Shown piece after piece: positions 37,140-51,971 of a stretch of 64,000 bases of DNA. The notes below the pieces were generated by a model. The model saw only the letters and a program-made list of their open reading frames with translations. It had not been told where the DNA came from and did not search any database. The DNA comes from Chiloscyllium plagiosum (lineage: Eukaryota), in NCBI RefSeq assembly GCF_004010195.1, contig NC_057724.1, positions 29,567,052-29,631,051 of the forward strand. Reading direction: 5' to 3'. The position numbers were made by a program, and so were the translations under genes. Position 1 is the first letter of the stretch; each line of letters begins with the position of its first letter.

Positions 37140-39120
37140 ATTATGATGGCTTATGGTGCAAGTTGGGAAACCTTTTTAAAAGGATAGCAATGGATAAGTA
37201 ATGGCAAACATTCTAAGAATACATGGCTGAACTGCAACAATTGTTCATTCCTGCCTGGAGCAAAAGTTAAACAGAAAAGGTGGCCAAACCTTGGCTTATG
37301 AGAGAAATTATGGGAGGATTGGTTTGGAAAGGGAGAATAGAGTGTGAGAGCAAATTTGCGGGGATTGACCAAAGTACTTTCTATAGGTGTGCAAAGAAAA
37401 ATCTAGGTCCTTTACACTCAGAAGTAGGGGAATTTAATAATGGGGAGCAAAGAAATGGCTGATTAACAAATACATACTTTGGTTCTGTGCTCCCAGAGGA
37501 GGGGACACACAACCTCCAAACATTTTAGGGGAACAGGAGGTTTAGTGTCAAGGAGGTACTGAAGGAAATCTGTGTTGGGGAAATTGGGATTGAAGACAGT
37601 TAAACCTCAGAACCTGATAAATTACATCCTCGAGTACTTAAGGAAGTGACCATAGAAATAGTGGGTGCATTGGTCATCATCCAAGATTCTATAGACTCGG
37701 GAACAGTTGCTACCAATAGAAGGATAGCTAATGTAACCGGTCTGTAGAAAGAGGGAGGCAGAGATTAAACTGAAAATTATAGACCAGTCAGTCTAATGTC
37801 AGTAGTGGGGAAAATGCTAGAGCCTACTATAAAAAATTTAATAGCTGAACACTTGGAAAACATTGACAGCATCAGACAGAGTCAGCATGGATATATAAAA
37901 GGGAAATCATGCTTGACAAATGTTCTGGAATTCTTTGAAGATATGACTCGTAGAGTTGAGGGTGGGGGGCATGTATATGGTTTATTTAAACTTTCGGAAG
38001 ACTTTTGAAGTTCCATGTAACATATTAACATGTAAAATTAAAGCACATGCTATTGGAGTTAGTGTATTGAGATGGGTAGAAAATTAGTTACCAGACAGGA
38101 AACAGTAGGCTTGAAAAGGTCTTTGTTAGAATGGCAGACAGAAACTGATGGAGTACTGCAGGGATCAATTCTAGGACCCCAGCTATTGACAATGTGTATT
38201 AATGATTTAGATGAGGGAACAAAATATATCTCCAAATTTGCAGAGTAACACAACTGATTGGGAGGGTGAACTGTAAGGAAAATATGGAGATGCTTCAGAG
38301 TGATTTGGACAAGCTGAGTGGGCAAATGCAAATAGCAGATGTAGCACAAAGTGGATAAATGTGAAGTTGTCAACTTTTGGGAGCACAAACAGGAAGGTGA
38401 ATTATCTGGCTATAAATTGAGGAGAAAGCATGCAATGAAACATAAGTATCCTTGTGCACGAGCCAGTGAAGATAGACTTTGCAGGTTTAGTGGGCAATCA
38501 AGAGGGCTAATGGTATGTCGTTTTCATAGCAAGGGGATTCAAGTACAGGAGCAGGAATGTTTTACTGCAGTAATACAGCGCCTTGGTGAGACTACACCAG
38601 GGATATTGTGTGCAATTTTGGTCTCCTTATCTGAGGAGGGTTGCTCCTGTAAAAAGAGTGCAGTGAAGGTTCCAAATTGGTTCCTGGGATGAAAGGATCG
38701 ACACGAGAAGTTGAATTAGTTACAGTTAGATTTGCTGGAGTTCAGAAGAATGAGAAGGGATCTCATAGAAACCTACAACATTCTAACAGAACTAGATAGG
38801 ATACATGCAGAAAGAATGTTCCTGATGGCAAGTTCAGAACCAAGGGTCACAGTCTTAAGACATGGGCTAGACCCATTAGGACTAAGATGAGGAATTTCTT
38901 CATGCAGAAAGTGGTGAGCCTTTGGAATTTGCTACCCCAGAAAGAAGTCACATTCAAACCATTGTATGATTTCAAAAAGAGGTTGGATGTAGCAATAGTG
39001 GCGAAAGAATCAAAGGCTATGAAGGCATAATGAGTTCGATGATTTATTACGATGGTAATAATGGAACGGGCTCGAAGGGTTGAAAGGTGTATTCTTGCTC
39101 CTATTTTCCATGTTTGTGTG
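37140..39120 (+). mobile_element. Decayed CR1-type LINE
   Basis: SQHGYIKGKSCLTNVLEFFE, DKCEVVNF. Confidence 0.85.
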
Positions 39121-39339
39121 GATATAAAAATTGACACTGAACCATGTAAGGCAATATGAGGGCGTTTGCCAAAAGATTTGATCGTGCTGAGGTTTTCAGA
39201 CAAGTTTTAAAGGTGGAAGAAGAGGTTTAGAGAAGAAAAGCTATTAAGAAGCAATGAGACAAGTTCCCTTGACTAATTCCTGTTCTTCACCAGTAATAGT
39301 TGCATGACTACTTCTATTTGTTTTTATCTGTTTTGTTTT

Positions 39340-41540
39340 GGGAGCGGGCTTCATTGTCAATGCCAGAGGTTCTTCCCCATCTTAATTGCCCTTACAAAGA
39401 TGTTGATAATTTGCTTTGAACTGCTGTAATCCACATGGAGTTAGATACATGCGTAGAATTATGAGAGAAGCACTTCCGCAATTTTGATCAAGTGGTGTGA
39501 AGGAGCAGTGATATTTTCAAGTCAGGATGGTGCATTTGATGGGCAACTTGGCGATGGTGGTGCTCACATATTTCTTCTGGAATGTATAGGTTGTAGAATT
39601 GGAAAGAGGCATTTCTGAGATGCCTGAATGACATGCTGCAGTGGGCCGATGATGGATGGGTGCAAATTAAGCAATGCCTTGTTCCTGGACAAAGTTGAGA
39701 TATTTGGTGATGACCTACAATAATCAAGGCAACTGGAGAGCATTCCGTTGCATTCCAGACCCTGTTTCCAGTAGAGGTGGTCAGACTTTGACTAGAGCTA
39801 ATAATGTCTGACTTGCTCTTTTAGCTACTTTATATGGCTGGTCCAGTTCAGTTTCTGGTCAGCAGTAAAACCTGAATATTGATGGTATAATGTTCAGTGT
39901 TAATGGTATTTGCTGATAAAGGGAGATTAGATTCTTGATTCCTCTTGTTTATTGCCTGGAACCTCTGGCATATTATTATTTGCCATTTATCAACCCAATA
40001 CTGAATCTTGTCCCTGTTTTGTTTGGGGCAGAGGCAGATTGTTTTAGTATCTGAACAGTTGCAAATTAAATGGAATACTGCAGTCTCGATATGACCAAAA
40101 GTGGGATGTTTAAGTGGATTGAAGATCACCGAATTGATTAAACATAGTTGAGACTTGAACATAACCTGAGGAACTCCTGAAGAAATGTCTGTCAATACCA
40201 CTTTCCTTTGTGCTATCTATGACTCCAGTCATGGAGAGTTTCTCTGGTTTCAGTTGACAAGTATGCCGAGCTATCACAGACAAATGCAATTTTGATGTTG
40301 AACAGTTAATCTCACTTCACCTCATTATCCCCATGATAAAGTGATGGGGATGCAAAGGAGACCAGAGTGACTGGAGTGGTGTTTCCCAGTGAAGGAGGTG
40401 GTTATTACAAGAGTTTGTGCAGGTTTCAGGACTGAATGGCCTCCTCCTGTTCCTATTTGTGTGTTCCTGGCATGGCTCCAATTAGTTTAGAATTGTAGAA
40501 AGCTAATTAGTTATAAACCACCACAGCATAACCAAATGACACAAATTAATATTTTGGTGCTAATTTTTAATCTTACCCCCATTCTTTGAGCAAGAATTGA
40601 ATGATGTTAAAAATTTAGAGGAGCAAGATTGTTGAGATTTAAACTAAGAATTATTCCAGATTCCAGTATGAGACTAAGGCCTGGAAGGCCATTCAATCAT
40701 TTGGATTTGCTCTGACATTTGATGAGAACTTGGACTGATCTGACAATCCTTAATTCTACATTTGTTCTTTTTCTCAGTAATCCGCTATTCTCTTACTGAT
40801 TTAAAAATCTGTTATTATTAGCTTTGAATTTACTTAACGGCCTAGCCTCACCAACATTCTGTAGTAAAGATTTCCATAGATTTTCACTACCCTCTGAGAG
40901 AAGGAATTCCTCCTCATCCCTGACTTAAATGGGTGACCCTTTATTCTGAGATAATGTCCTCTTCTCCTAGACTCTTCCACAAATAGAACTAACCTTACCA
41001 TGTCTGCCCTGCCAAGCTCCCTAACAATCTTGTGTTCAATATCGCCACTTCTCATTCCTCTAAATTCCAATGAGTGCAGGCCCAACCTACTCAACCTCCT
41101 CTCATGAAAACAGTTGCTCCACACCTGGAATCAGCCTAATTAGCCATCTTTGCACTGCTATCAATGTCAGTTTATCTTTGACTGGGTCAGGAGCCCAAAA
41201 CTGCTCAGTATTCCAGGTGTAGTCAGATTAGCGTCTTGCATAGTTTTAGCAAGACCTCCCTATTTTTATACTCCATTCTCTTGGAAATAAAAGCCAGTGT
41301 TCCATTTGCCTTCCACATTATTGGGTGAACTAGCTATCTTTTTTTGTGATTTATTCACAAGGACTCTCCAATCCTTTTTTTCTACATCTAATAATACTTG
41401 AAAGTTTTATTTAATAATATTTAGCATTTTTTTTCTTGCCAAAATGCATAACCTCACAGTTTCTGAACCTGTCTATATTCTTCTACAGATTCAGTCATCC
41501 TTATTACTTACCTTTCCAGCTATCTGTGTCATCATGAATT
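39340..41540 (-). mobile_element. LINE family 2 fragment (39340-40320) and CR1 fragment (40670-41540)
   Basis: SSGVPQ..., WVDKWQI; RLSRLGLHSLEFR...RRNSFSQRVV. Confidence 0.65.
40414..40593. repeat. Left arm of a ~180-bp inverted repeat (partner 43054-43234)
   Basis: Manual reverse-complement alignment shows high identity with a few substitutions and small indels. Confidence 0.9.
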
Positions 41541-42168
41541 TGGTAGGTCAGTGAGGACAAGAGAGATGGTTAAGCAGGTAATTGTTGGGTAACGTCACAG
41601 TGGCAAAACTTTGGAACATCACATTTGCAAAATATTGTAAACCAGGTGATTATTAGAACAATATGATCGTTAGGTCAGAAATGTGTGGATAGCAGTTTGT
41701 GCTAAGGTTGGCAAAGTTATCAAGATGCAAGTAAATCGTCTTTCTGATGAGGATATGGATTGGATACCAAGGTTGGATACAGTCTGGATCTGTCTCGGGC
41801 AATGTTTAGAGAGAGTTGTGAAGGGTATTCTGGGGAATGTTTGCAGGGCTAAAAGATGGTGTTGCAGTGTTGGTAGAACTGATGAAAGCTGATACCATGT
41901 CTCTAGATGGTGTTGACCGTGGCCTAGCATGTAGCTGGGGACAGATACTTGGATGACATTGACTTTAAATGGGAAATTTTCTGTAATCATGCATATGTAC
42001 CCTGAAACAATTCAACTTTGCCTGAATATCCACCTCTTCTTCCTGTGATGCAAATTAAGCATCTTTCCTATGAAATTGAATGATGGTAAGCTGTATTCTC
42101 ATGCTTGTGCTGTTGAATACCATGTTACATACCCATTAATTTGTTCCATGATGTTGTTCTTTTACTAG

Positions 42169-42282
<114 letters not shown>

Positions 42283-42598
42283 TGACGGAAATTTGGTTTG
42301 AGACAATGTCTTAAGATGAAAGCTGCACTTGATTTTGTAATGCATTTTCAATTACATGATTGTTCAGAATAATTCAGTTAAAGAAAATTAAGTTTTATGC
42401 AGGCATTTTTTAGACTTTGTTATTCACCCTGATCTATGTTGGATAGTTGTTTGCAAAAGCAGCCACAGCTGACATATTTGGGACTTTCCAATGTAGACTT
42501 ACTTTTGCAATAACTAATTTTAAGCTTTAGAGCAGTTTCTAGATAATGTAACATTATCAGGTTTTGGGATCTGAAATATATTTTCTGTTTTTATGTAG

Positions 42599-42665
42599 TC
42601 GATGTGGAACATTCACATGTCCGATTCCTGGGAAACCTCGTCCTGAATCTATGGGACTGTGGTGG
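42599..42665 (+). CDS. RRAGA: RagA/B exon 3 (G3 WDCGG)
   Basis: (I)[21 protein letters not shown](G); tag| and |gtaag; 67 nt. Confidence 0.97.
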
Positions 42666-43053
42666 GTAAGTGTTTCAAGATAGAATAAATTGGTTCCATC
42701 TCTTTTCTTGCTCTTATCCATGTATGTTTTACTGTATTTTTGGCCAAAAAGATTTGGAATTTAATTGGATACCTCTGATTAAAATAAAATCTGGGAGTGT
42801 AATACATAAGAGGAATTCAACATAGAATGTTGAGTAACTGCACAATAAAATTTGATAAAATATCACTGATCTGTCTACAAATAAGTGACAGTGTGCACAT
42901 TGCAGTACTCTAAGTTGTAGAAATATATTCCTTATGTGGTGGAATGGGCTCTTGAAGGTGAGATAGAGATTGTTCCTTAATCAAAGGGATTGAGGTCATT
43001 AATTTATATGGAAATTTTTTTTATAGTTAATTGTCCAATTGCCTGCCAATATG

Positions 43054-43234
43054 TTGCTCAAAGAATGGGGGTAAGATTAAAAATTAGCACCAAAATATTA
43101 ATTTGTCATTTTGATTATGCTGTGGTGGTTTATAACTAATTAGCTTTCTAAAACTCTAAACTAATTGGAGCCATGCCAGGAACACACACAAATAGGAACA
43201 GGAGGAGGCCATTCAGCCCTGAAACCTGCATAAA
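43054..43234. repeat. Right arm of the ~180-bp inverted repeat (partner 40414-40593)
   Basis: ttgctcaaagaatgggggtaagattaaaaattagcacc... is the reverse complement of ...ggtgctaatttttaatcttacccccattctttgagcaa. Confidence 0.9.
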
Positions 43235-43695
43235 GAAAGATGGTGCGATTGTTTGAAGCCAGTTGTCTTGGGCCAAGGACATAGTAGGAGTTCCTTAGAG
43301 TCGTGTCCCAAACCACCTTCCATGCTTAACTGCTTCATTAATGATTCCCTCCATTGTCAGTGGGAAAGTTTGCTGACAATTGTGGAATGTTCAGAACCAT
43401 TCTCAACTCTGATAATGAAGCAGTCCATGCAGCAGGACTTGAACTGTATCCAAGCTTGGTTGACAAGTGGCAAGTAATGTTTGTGCCATTTAATTGGTGG
43501 GCAATTATCATCTCTAACGAGTGAGAAACTAACCATCTTACCTTTTTTCAAGGAATCCATATTCAGGAAAGCTTTTAACTGTAGGTGGGAGAAATGAATT
43601 TTTAAAAATTGTAAATTTATCCTTGGGCTGGGGGACTTGTTTTTATTTAGACTAATTGAATGATAAGGAACTTGTTTTTCTCTTTTGGCTCTCAG

Positions 43696-43918
43696 TCAGG
43701 ATACCTTTATGGAAAACTACTTTACTAGTCAACGAGACAACATATTCCGCAATGTGGAAGTTCTTATTTATGTTTTTGATGTGGAAAGTCGTGAATTAGA
43801 GAAAGATATGCACTATTACCAATCATGCTTGGAGGCAATTCTACAAAACTCTCCTGATGCCAAAATCTTCTGCCTTGTTCACAAAATGGATCTTGTGCAG
43901 GAAGATCAGCGAGACTTG
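43696..43918 (+). CDS. RRAGA: RagA/B exon 4 (G4 HKMD)
   Basis: [74 protein letters not shown]; cag| and |gtaag; 223 nt. Confidence 0.98.
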
Positions 43919-44592
43919 GTAAGCAGAGGCTAGAAGTTCATCTGCAAATTAACGAATAAACAAAGATAAAATTTTGCATCTTCGACAAAGGAAAAGATTC
44001 ATAAAAACGTGCAATGCAAAAACTTTTGGACTTGGGATTCAATTTACCCTCCGTTTAATTTTTTTTCTGACATTATAAACATTGTGTGCAGCAACTTTAA
44101 TTCTTAATGAGTGTAGATCTACAGCACAAGTTTAAATATGGTTCAATATAAGTACGATATGAGTTAGTTCAAAAGATAAATGGTATTTGAAATGGCAAAT
44201 GCAGGGAAGCATTAATGTTACAGTTTTATTTTAAGCTACTTTTTTGAAAAAAATACAAGAACTTCTCTGAATTGATCTTATGCAGACTTTGTGATATTGG
44301 AAATGGGGAAGTGTTTGGTTCTTGCACTAAATATCCCTCAGGTTTAATATCTTCATTTTTATTGGGTTTGTTAGATTTGCAGAAATATTTAAGGTTGGAA
44401 ATTCCTGTGGTTTTGTAACACATCCTAGAATCGGAATTGCTCAATGTACATTTTACACTGTTGGGACACAAATGACTAAAATATACAGTTTCAGTTTATT
44501 ATCTAATGCAGATATATTGGGGATAATAGCCTTTTTTCATGCTAGGATTGAACAACTAAATTCAATATCCAAATTTAATTTCTTTGTTATAG

Positions 44593-44688
44593 ATTTTTAA
44601 GGAACGTGAAGATGACTTGAGGCGCTTGTCCCGTCCTCTAGAATGTACCTGCTTTAGAACCTCCATCTGGGATGAGACCTTGTATAAA
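44593..44688 (+). CDS. RRAGA: RagA/B exon 5 (G5 TSIW)
   Basis: [32 protein letters not shown]; tag| and |gtaag; 96 nt. Confidence 0.97.
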
Positions 44689-46323
44689 GTAAGGTTGTTA
44701 ATATGCCAAACTATCCATATAACGTGGGTCATAAATTCTACTGTTTATTTTCTAGGCTTTTGTTTTGAAGGAATCCCTTTTCTCTGTTATACTGTTACCT
44801 CATTTGTCCAAATCCAAGAGATAGAGATGAAAGCTGATTTATATTACTTATAGTTTCAATGTGCACTAATGAGAAAAGAATGCTATGCAATTATTGCGTA
44901 GAGAGGCACTTAACATTGATTGGATAGATTTGGAGTTTGTTCCACTTTGAGAAGGTTTGAAAATTGATCATAAATCTAAGATGGTCTATAATTTCAATAA
45001 GAAATTCAGGAAAAACCTCTTCAAATATAGAATGTTGTGCCAATGAGTAGGTGGGGCAAAGAGCATAGACATAGGTAGAGGTTAAAATAGTGCATGAGGT
45101 AGAATGGAAGGATGGGATTAAGTGAACGGGGGTAGGAGAGGGCTTAAGGAGCATAGAAGTAACAGTCCAATTTCTGTGCAATAGGTTTGATGTGATGATG
45201 AGAGGAGTCAAAATAAATGGGGTGTAATAATCTTTCCAATTTAAATCTGTGGACAGGACTATAAAACTTGTTTGCTGAAATCATTTACTTGTCTCATAAG
45301 TGAGTACACTTAACAACGTTTCAGTTTGAAAGCTTTTTTCATCATCACCTTAACTGCTAGACGGCAGTCTGTTTTGCTAGAACGTCTGTTTTACTAGAAC
45401 CTCTTTCTTCAACGCAAATTGGATTTAATGTGCTTGAAGAATCTAGATTGTCATTTATAGAATGCAAACTTTCCTTATCTGTATCAGCTACAACGCTATT
45501 CTGACCCCATTAGTTTAAATGGTGTGGATATTGTGCAATGTTTTTATAATGCGAGATCTTATGAGAACAGAACTATCATGTTATAGCAGAAGTGTGTAAT
45601 GCAATTTTTGTAACTTGTAGCTGGACAGCAATGGAATGTACTGAAAGAACCTTCATGTGCTTTGAAGTTGTCCAAATTTTTCACGTGGAAATTGCCCAGT
45701 TTAAAGTGTCATGTAAAGGCAATGATTGGCAGAGTAGGCTTTAATTCATAAAGCACTGAATGACCTGTACTTCAGACAGTGTAATTTTTAAAATGATGTT
45801 GTGCTGGATTTCACATCAGATGAAGCCTTCAATTTATTATAAAATACATAGGTTTTTAGGAGGTGTGTCTGATTGTTACTACCATCCAGTTCACAATGTG
45901 GGTTAGTGTTTCTCGGAAAAGAAACAATTATCAAATTTCTTGGACCTGATCACGATCACGAAAAACTTCTACTGGAAGGTGTACTGTCATATCAAGATAT
46001 TTTGGACTTGGTTGAATAGATCTTCATCTTTGGCCAATTATGCAAACAATGGTCAAAGTTTTTTTGGAAAGGAGAAAGTGGGGGAGAAATCAGTAACTCA
46101 AAATTGAGATTAAAGGCTATCATAAATCTACAGCTGCATCAAAATATTAGTTTGCATGTTTTGGAAGACTAATCTTTTCCAGGAGGAGGACTGATTTTTA
46201 CTATTCTATAAATGCAATAAAAATTTATTGCTCAAATTAATCTGTTCCAAATGATGGAATTATTTTGCATCAGATGTGAGTAGCTTTTTGTGTTTCCTAA
46301 TGTGCATGAGATTCACTTCTCAG

Positions 46324-46446
46324 GCTTGGTCAAGCATTGTGTACCAGCTGATCCCGAATGTACAACAACTGGAAACCAACTTGAGGAATTTTGCTCAGAT
46401 TATTGAAGCGGATGAGGTGCTACTATTTGAAAGGGCCACATTCTTA
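46324..46446 (+). CDS. RRAGA: RagA/B exon 6
   Basis: [41 protein letters not shown]; cag| and |gtaag; 123 nt. Confidence 0.97.
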
Positions 46447-47799
46447 GTAAGTGCTGCAGATTTTTTTCTCGTCTTATGATGACACTATAATGTGTAGTTC
46501 CTCGAGTGTTGCTTGCATTCTGATAGTTTACATGATAATTAGATTATGGAGAATGATTGATTGTTAGTGGATTATGGAGTCAAACAGCAGTAATAAGATT
46601 TGAACTGTTTTCTAGACCCCTCAATGATTAGGTCAGTCACAACCACTAAACAGCTGTATTCAGTTTATTTATTGAATTTATGTTCACTCCTATTGTTAGT
46701 TAAGGAAGCTCAGACTTCTTGGCTGCAGTAACTTTCATTTGAGCATCCCCTCATGAAGTCACTTTATCATTCAGTAAAAATGTCTTAAGAATCCATTACA
46801 AAGAAGGATTTTTATGTAGTAGCACATTTCACGTCATTGGGGAGAGCAGGAACCACTGGCATCCATGATTTTCAGAGAGTCCTGCGCACGGAACAAAGCC
46901 AAATTAAAGGAAAACTAACAATTTTTGAGTCCACTACATCCCTCATTGGAACTGAAGGGGTCGGACAAGTGGTTAGTTTCATGATGCAGCAATAGAGGCT
47001 TGAAGGACCAAATGAAACAGTTGATAAGTGTCCAGAGGAAAAGGGAATATTAATGGTATCAAAGGTTATATAGGTACCTCCTGAAAAATAAGGCTTGTGT
47101 TGGGATTTGCTGGCATGCTGCAGCAGGCCTGGGTCAAAAGTGTTAACATGAGATCAAGATGGCAAGCAGTTGGAAGGTTGAGATCATTTTGCAGTTAGAA
47201 AATTGTTCCACAAAGTGCTTACCCTATCTGCATTTGGTCTCCAGTGTAGAGGAAACTGCAATGTGAACAGCAGATAGTGAACTAGATTGAAAGAAGTACA
47301 AGTTTGATTACTGCTTGATCTGGAAGATGTGCTTGGTGTCTTGGACAGTGAGGAGGTAAAAGGCAAATGTTACACATTGTGTGGTTACATGAGAAGACGC
47401 TGTGGAGGAGTGATTGAGCGCACCAGGGTGTTGCAGAGGGAACTGTGCCTGTGGGGTGCTAATGGAAGGGGAAAGGAAGATGTATTTGATGGTATCCTGC
47501 TGAAGATTGTGGAAACTGGTCCCTTGAGTGTAGAGGTTGTGAGATCTCAGTTTTGTCTATACTTGGCGCACACGTTTTGCAGCTTCATTTTGACACCTCA
47601 TTATTAATATTCTTAGATCTTAGATGTATGCCGTCCTGTACTCGTCATTGAACCATGGATGACTCTCTGGCATGACAGTAATGGTGGATATACCAGGTCA
47701 ACACTCCGAGTCAAACCTTTATAGGTTTGAGATTCTTGCACTTTGTGTGGACAAGAGTGGCAACAATAGAGAGGTTGAGCAAACTGGCCATAGTACATT

Positions 47800-50520
47800 C
47801 AAGAAGAGGGGGGCAAAAGAGAAATGTATTCAGGAATAGTATAGTCAGGGGAATAGACATTGTTGTCTGTGGGCAGAATTGAGAATGCTGAAGACTTCAT
47901 CTGATGCCTGCGTTCAGGATATCTCATCTGGACTGCAGAGGAACTTGGAGTGCGAGGGGAAGATCCAGTTGTCATGGTCTAACTACCAACAATTAGAGGT
48001 AGAAAGAGGAAAGGGATTTTACTGACTGAATATGAATACTGGGGACTAAATCAGAAGGCAAAACCAAAAAAGTAGTAATCTCTGAACTGAGCCACAAGCA
48101 GATTGACATGATCAACAAGATTAAAGGTAAATGGGTAGTTCAAGTTAAATTGGTGCATGGTAAAATAGGACTGCATCTCCATGGTTTCATTAAGGGGTTC
48201 TCAAGTCTTACAAATCTGTTTGAATTCTTTTGAGGTAATGAGCAAATTAGACAAGGGAGAGCCAGTGAACATAATCTATTTGGATTTCCAGAAGGCCTTT
48301 GAAAAGGTGCAGTACAAAAGGTTGCTAAACAAGACATGCCTATGGTGTTTGGGGCAAGGTACTCTCATGGATAGAGGATTGATTGGCAGAAGGCAGAGGC
48401 TAGGGATAAAGGGGTCTCTTTCAGGATGGCAGCTGGTGACTAATGGAGTTCCACACGGGTGAGTGTTGGGATTATTCACGTTATAAATTAAAGATCTGGA
48501 TGAAGGAACTGTGAGGGAATTGTTGCAAACTTTGCTGATAGTGCAAAGTGGAGGGACAGATTGTGTTGAGGAAGCAGGGAGGTTGCAGAACATCTTGGAT
48601 AGGCTCGGAAAATGGGCAAAGATATGGCAGACAGAATATGATGAGGAAAGTGAGAGTTTATGCACTTTGATAGGAAGAATAGAGGCATAGACTATTTACT
48701 AAACAGAAAAGGCTTTGGAAATCTGAACCATAAAGGAACTTGGGTGTTCTAATTCAAGATTCTATTAAGGTTAACATGCAGGTTCAGTTGGCATTTAGGA
48801 AGGCAAGTACAATGTTAGTGTCAATTTTGAGTGGACTAGAATACAAGAGTCGCAATGTCCTGCTGAGGCATATGTAAAACTCTGGTCAGCCCCTTTTGGG
48901 TTACTGTGAGCAATTTTGGGCCCTGTACCTAAGGAAGGTGCCAGCATTGGAGGGGGTTCAGAGGAAGGTTTACAAGAATGATCCCAGGGATGCAGGGCAT
49001 GTCATAGTAGGAGCTGTTGAGGACTCTGGGTCTGTAGTTTAGAAGGATGAGAGACATCTCATTGAAATTTACAGAATATGAAGACGACAAGATAAAAGTG
49101 AGCGTGGCGATCACGTTTTGATTTGGATCCAACAGCACAGCGTCGGTGAAGAGGTTACCCTTTAGAATGGAGCTGAGCTTAGTGAGAGGGTGGTGATTCA
49201 GTGGAATTAATTGCCACAGAAGGCAGTGGAGACTAAGTCATTGAAATGGTGGAGTACTCTTGATGGGCCAAATGACCTAATTCTGCTCCTGTATCTTATG
49301 GGCCATGAGGTTACAGATTGTACTGAAATACAGCTGTACTGTGATGGCAGTCATGGATGGCCAGTTTTGGTTTCTAGGTCTATTTAAAATCTATTCCATT
49401 TAGCATGATGGTAGAACCACCCAACATGTAGGGTATCCTCATTGTGACAATGGCACTTAACTCTCCAAAGTAGAGTGTGGTGGTCAGTCGTCCTCATGCT
49501 GTCATAGACCAAAGGATCTGCAGCAAATTTGGTGACTACGAGGTCAACCAGAACTTTCACTATTATTGATTTGTTGCTGACTGCAGATCCAGTTTAGCGT
49601 AGAGCCATTGTTATAAAGCATGGAAAGACCCTTCCGTCCAACTCGTCCATGCCAACCAGGTTTACTAAATTGGACTAGTCCCATTTGGCAAGCCTGTACC
49701 TACCCAAATGTCTTTTCAATTTGTAATTGTATTTGCCACTATCACCACCTCTGGCAGCTTGTTCTATTTCCGTAGTACCCTCCCTTTTAAATCTTGCCCC
49801 TCTCACTTTAAACCTGTGCCTTCTAGTTTTGAACTCCCCTACTCTGAGGAAAATTACTTGGCTATTCACTTTATCCATGCTCCTCATGTTGTTATAAATC
49901 TCTATAAAATCACCCTTTAGCCTCCTACGCATCAGGGGGAAAAAAAGTGCCAGCCTCCTCTTATAACTCAAACTGCGCACTCTCTAACATCATTAAAATT
50001 CCTTTTTTTGCACCCTTTCCAATTTTATAGCAGCCTTCCTACATTAGGACGTCCAGATGTCTTGTACAGCCATAACATGATGTCCCAACTCCTGTACTCA
50101 GTGCTCTGACCGATGAAGCCAAGAGCACCAAATGCTGCTTTAACCACCCTGTCTGTCTGTGATGCCACTTTCAAGGAACTGTGTCCCTGCACCCCTAGAT
50201 CTCTGTTCGACAACCTCTCCAGGTTCCTACTATTGACTGTGTAACCTACTATTGACTATGTAAGTCCTGCCCTGGTTTGTCTTTGCCAATACCGCACATT
50301 TATTTCAATTAAACTGCAACTGCCATTCCTCGACCCACTGGCTCAGTTGATCAAGATCCTGTTGTACTCTTAAGCAACAACTGTCACTGTCCACTGTACC
50401 ACTAATTTTGGTAGCATCCGCAAATTTACTAACCATGCCTTCTATATTCTCCCCCAAATTGTTTATATAAGTGACAAACACTGCAGCCAGCACCAATTCT
50501 TGCTGCACCCCTCGGGTCAC
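47800..50520. mobile_element. CR1 LINE fragments in Rag intron 6 (+ 47800-49300; - 49600-50520)
   Basis: IYLDFQKAFEKV, NGVPHG; minus strand VSKFADATKI. Confidence 0.8.
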
Positions 50521-50754
50521 ATGCTTTTAACTTGGATGACATTTGCAAATGTTATACATGACAAAACCATGAAAAAGTAAATTAATTCTTAAGTGCCAAT
50601 TTTTTTTTTGGTTCTGCTATTGCTGCTTTCTTTTCAGTACATTGATTATAACTGGGCATGGGTGTATTTGACAGAGCTGTCTTTCAATAAAATATTTTGG
50701 TCTAGATTCTTTTGGGTGAGTGAGATACTGATGTATTTTAGTTTTCACTTTTAG

Positions 50755-50846
50755 GTGATCTCACACTATCAGTGCAAAGAACAGAGGGATGCACACAGAT
50801 TTGAAAAGATCAGCAATATTATTAAGCAATTTAAGCTAAGCTGCAG
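50755..50846 (+). CDS. RRAGA: RagA/B exon 7 (roadblock domain)
   Basis: [30 protein letters not shown](S); tag| and |gtaaa; 92 nt. Confidence 0.97.
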
Positions 50847-51396
50847 GTAAACACCTCTTATTTTGTCTGTTTAATGTTATGCTTCTAAAAGTGAGAGATG
50901 AATGCTAGGTGTTAACCGCACCTTCCTTCTCTGTTCAAAACATTCCTAAGTAGGGTAATTAATAGATTTAGTCACAGGATAATCATCTCCAAAGTGCCTT
51001 TGTTTAAATCTCACCAAAACACGCCTCGCCACATTGGTACATAAGTATTTCTATTTTCTGTACCAGCTATCTCTTCTGGATTTGTTTCGAGCAAATGAAG
51101 ATTGAATGCGGGCATTTTTGTTCTGTTTTGAGAACTGTTGGAAAACTACAGCCAAAACAAAGGAACTTGTAACCTCTGTTTTGACTTGACAAGAATACGC
51201 CATAATATCTTAAACCTGGTTTTAATTAGTTCGCAGATTTTGAAATTTGCTATCCACAGCTAATCCTTCAGTTGGACCCAATTTGTTAGACAATCTGCTC
51301 ACATGGAAAGGGGGAGATGCTTGCAGAGTATTGTATTATTTGCCTTTAATATTGGCCATTTTATTAAATGTATTTTCCACACTGATCTTTTTATAG

Positions 51397-51512
51397 TAAA
51401 TTGGCTGCCTCTTTCCAAAGTATGGAAGTTAGGAACTCCAATTTTGCAGCATTCATTGATGTCTTCACATCTAACACATATGTGATGGTAATCATGTCCG
51501 ATCCTTCTATAC
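51397..51512 (+). CDS. RRAGA: RagA/B exon 8
   Basis: [38 protein letters not shown](P); tag| and |gtaag; 116 nt. Confidence 0.97.
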
Positions 51513-51873
51513 GTAAGTAGACAAAGTTATTGCCAATTTGTCTCACTTATTTTACACAGGTGTTTAAATCCATCTGGATCTTCCTTTACTTGCTGTAAGT
51601 GACACTAAACCAGATTTGTTTGAAACCACATTGTATGGCTAATGGAATCTAACTCATTACTGAGGTTTGATCTTCAGCTTAATGCAAAAATCTGTAACAG
51701 ATTGTATTTATGCAAATATCTTAGTTTTCTTGCGTTTTATCTGCTTATTCTAAGATTTGAAAATAAATAGAAATACATGTAATTAAAATATTAGATTTTC
51801 ATGATTGCATTTGTGGTTTAATGTGTGCTGTAGTCTGCACTTAATTAATAACTGTATTCTTAACTCTTTACAG

Positions 51874-51971
51874 CTTCAGCAGCTACACTCATCAATATTC
51901 GTAATGCCCGAAAACATTTTGAAAAGCTGGAGAGAGTTGATGGTCCCAAACATAGTCTTTTGGTGCGCTGA
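51874..51971 (+). CDS. RRAGA: RagA/B exon 9 (stop TGA 51969-51971)
   Basis: [31 protein letters not shown]. The nine exons sum to 942 nt = 313 aa plus stop, the length of human RagA. Confidence 0.97.
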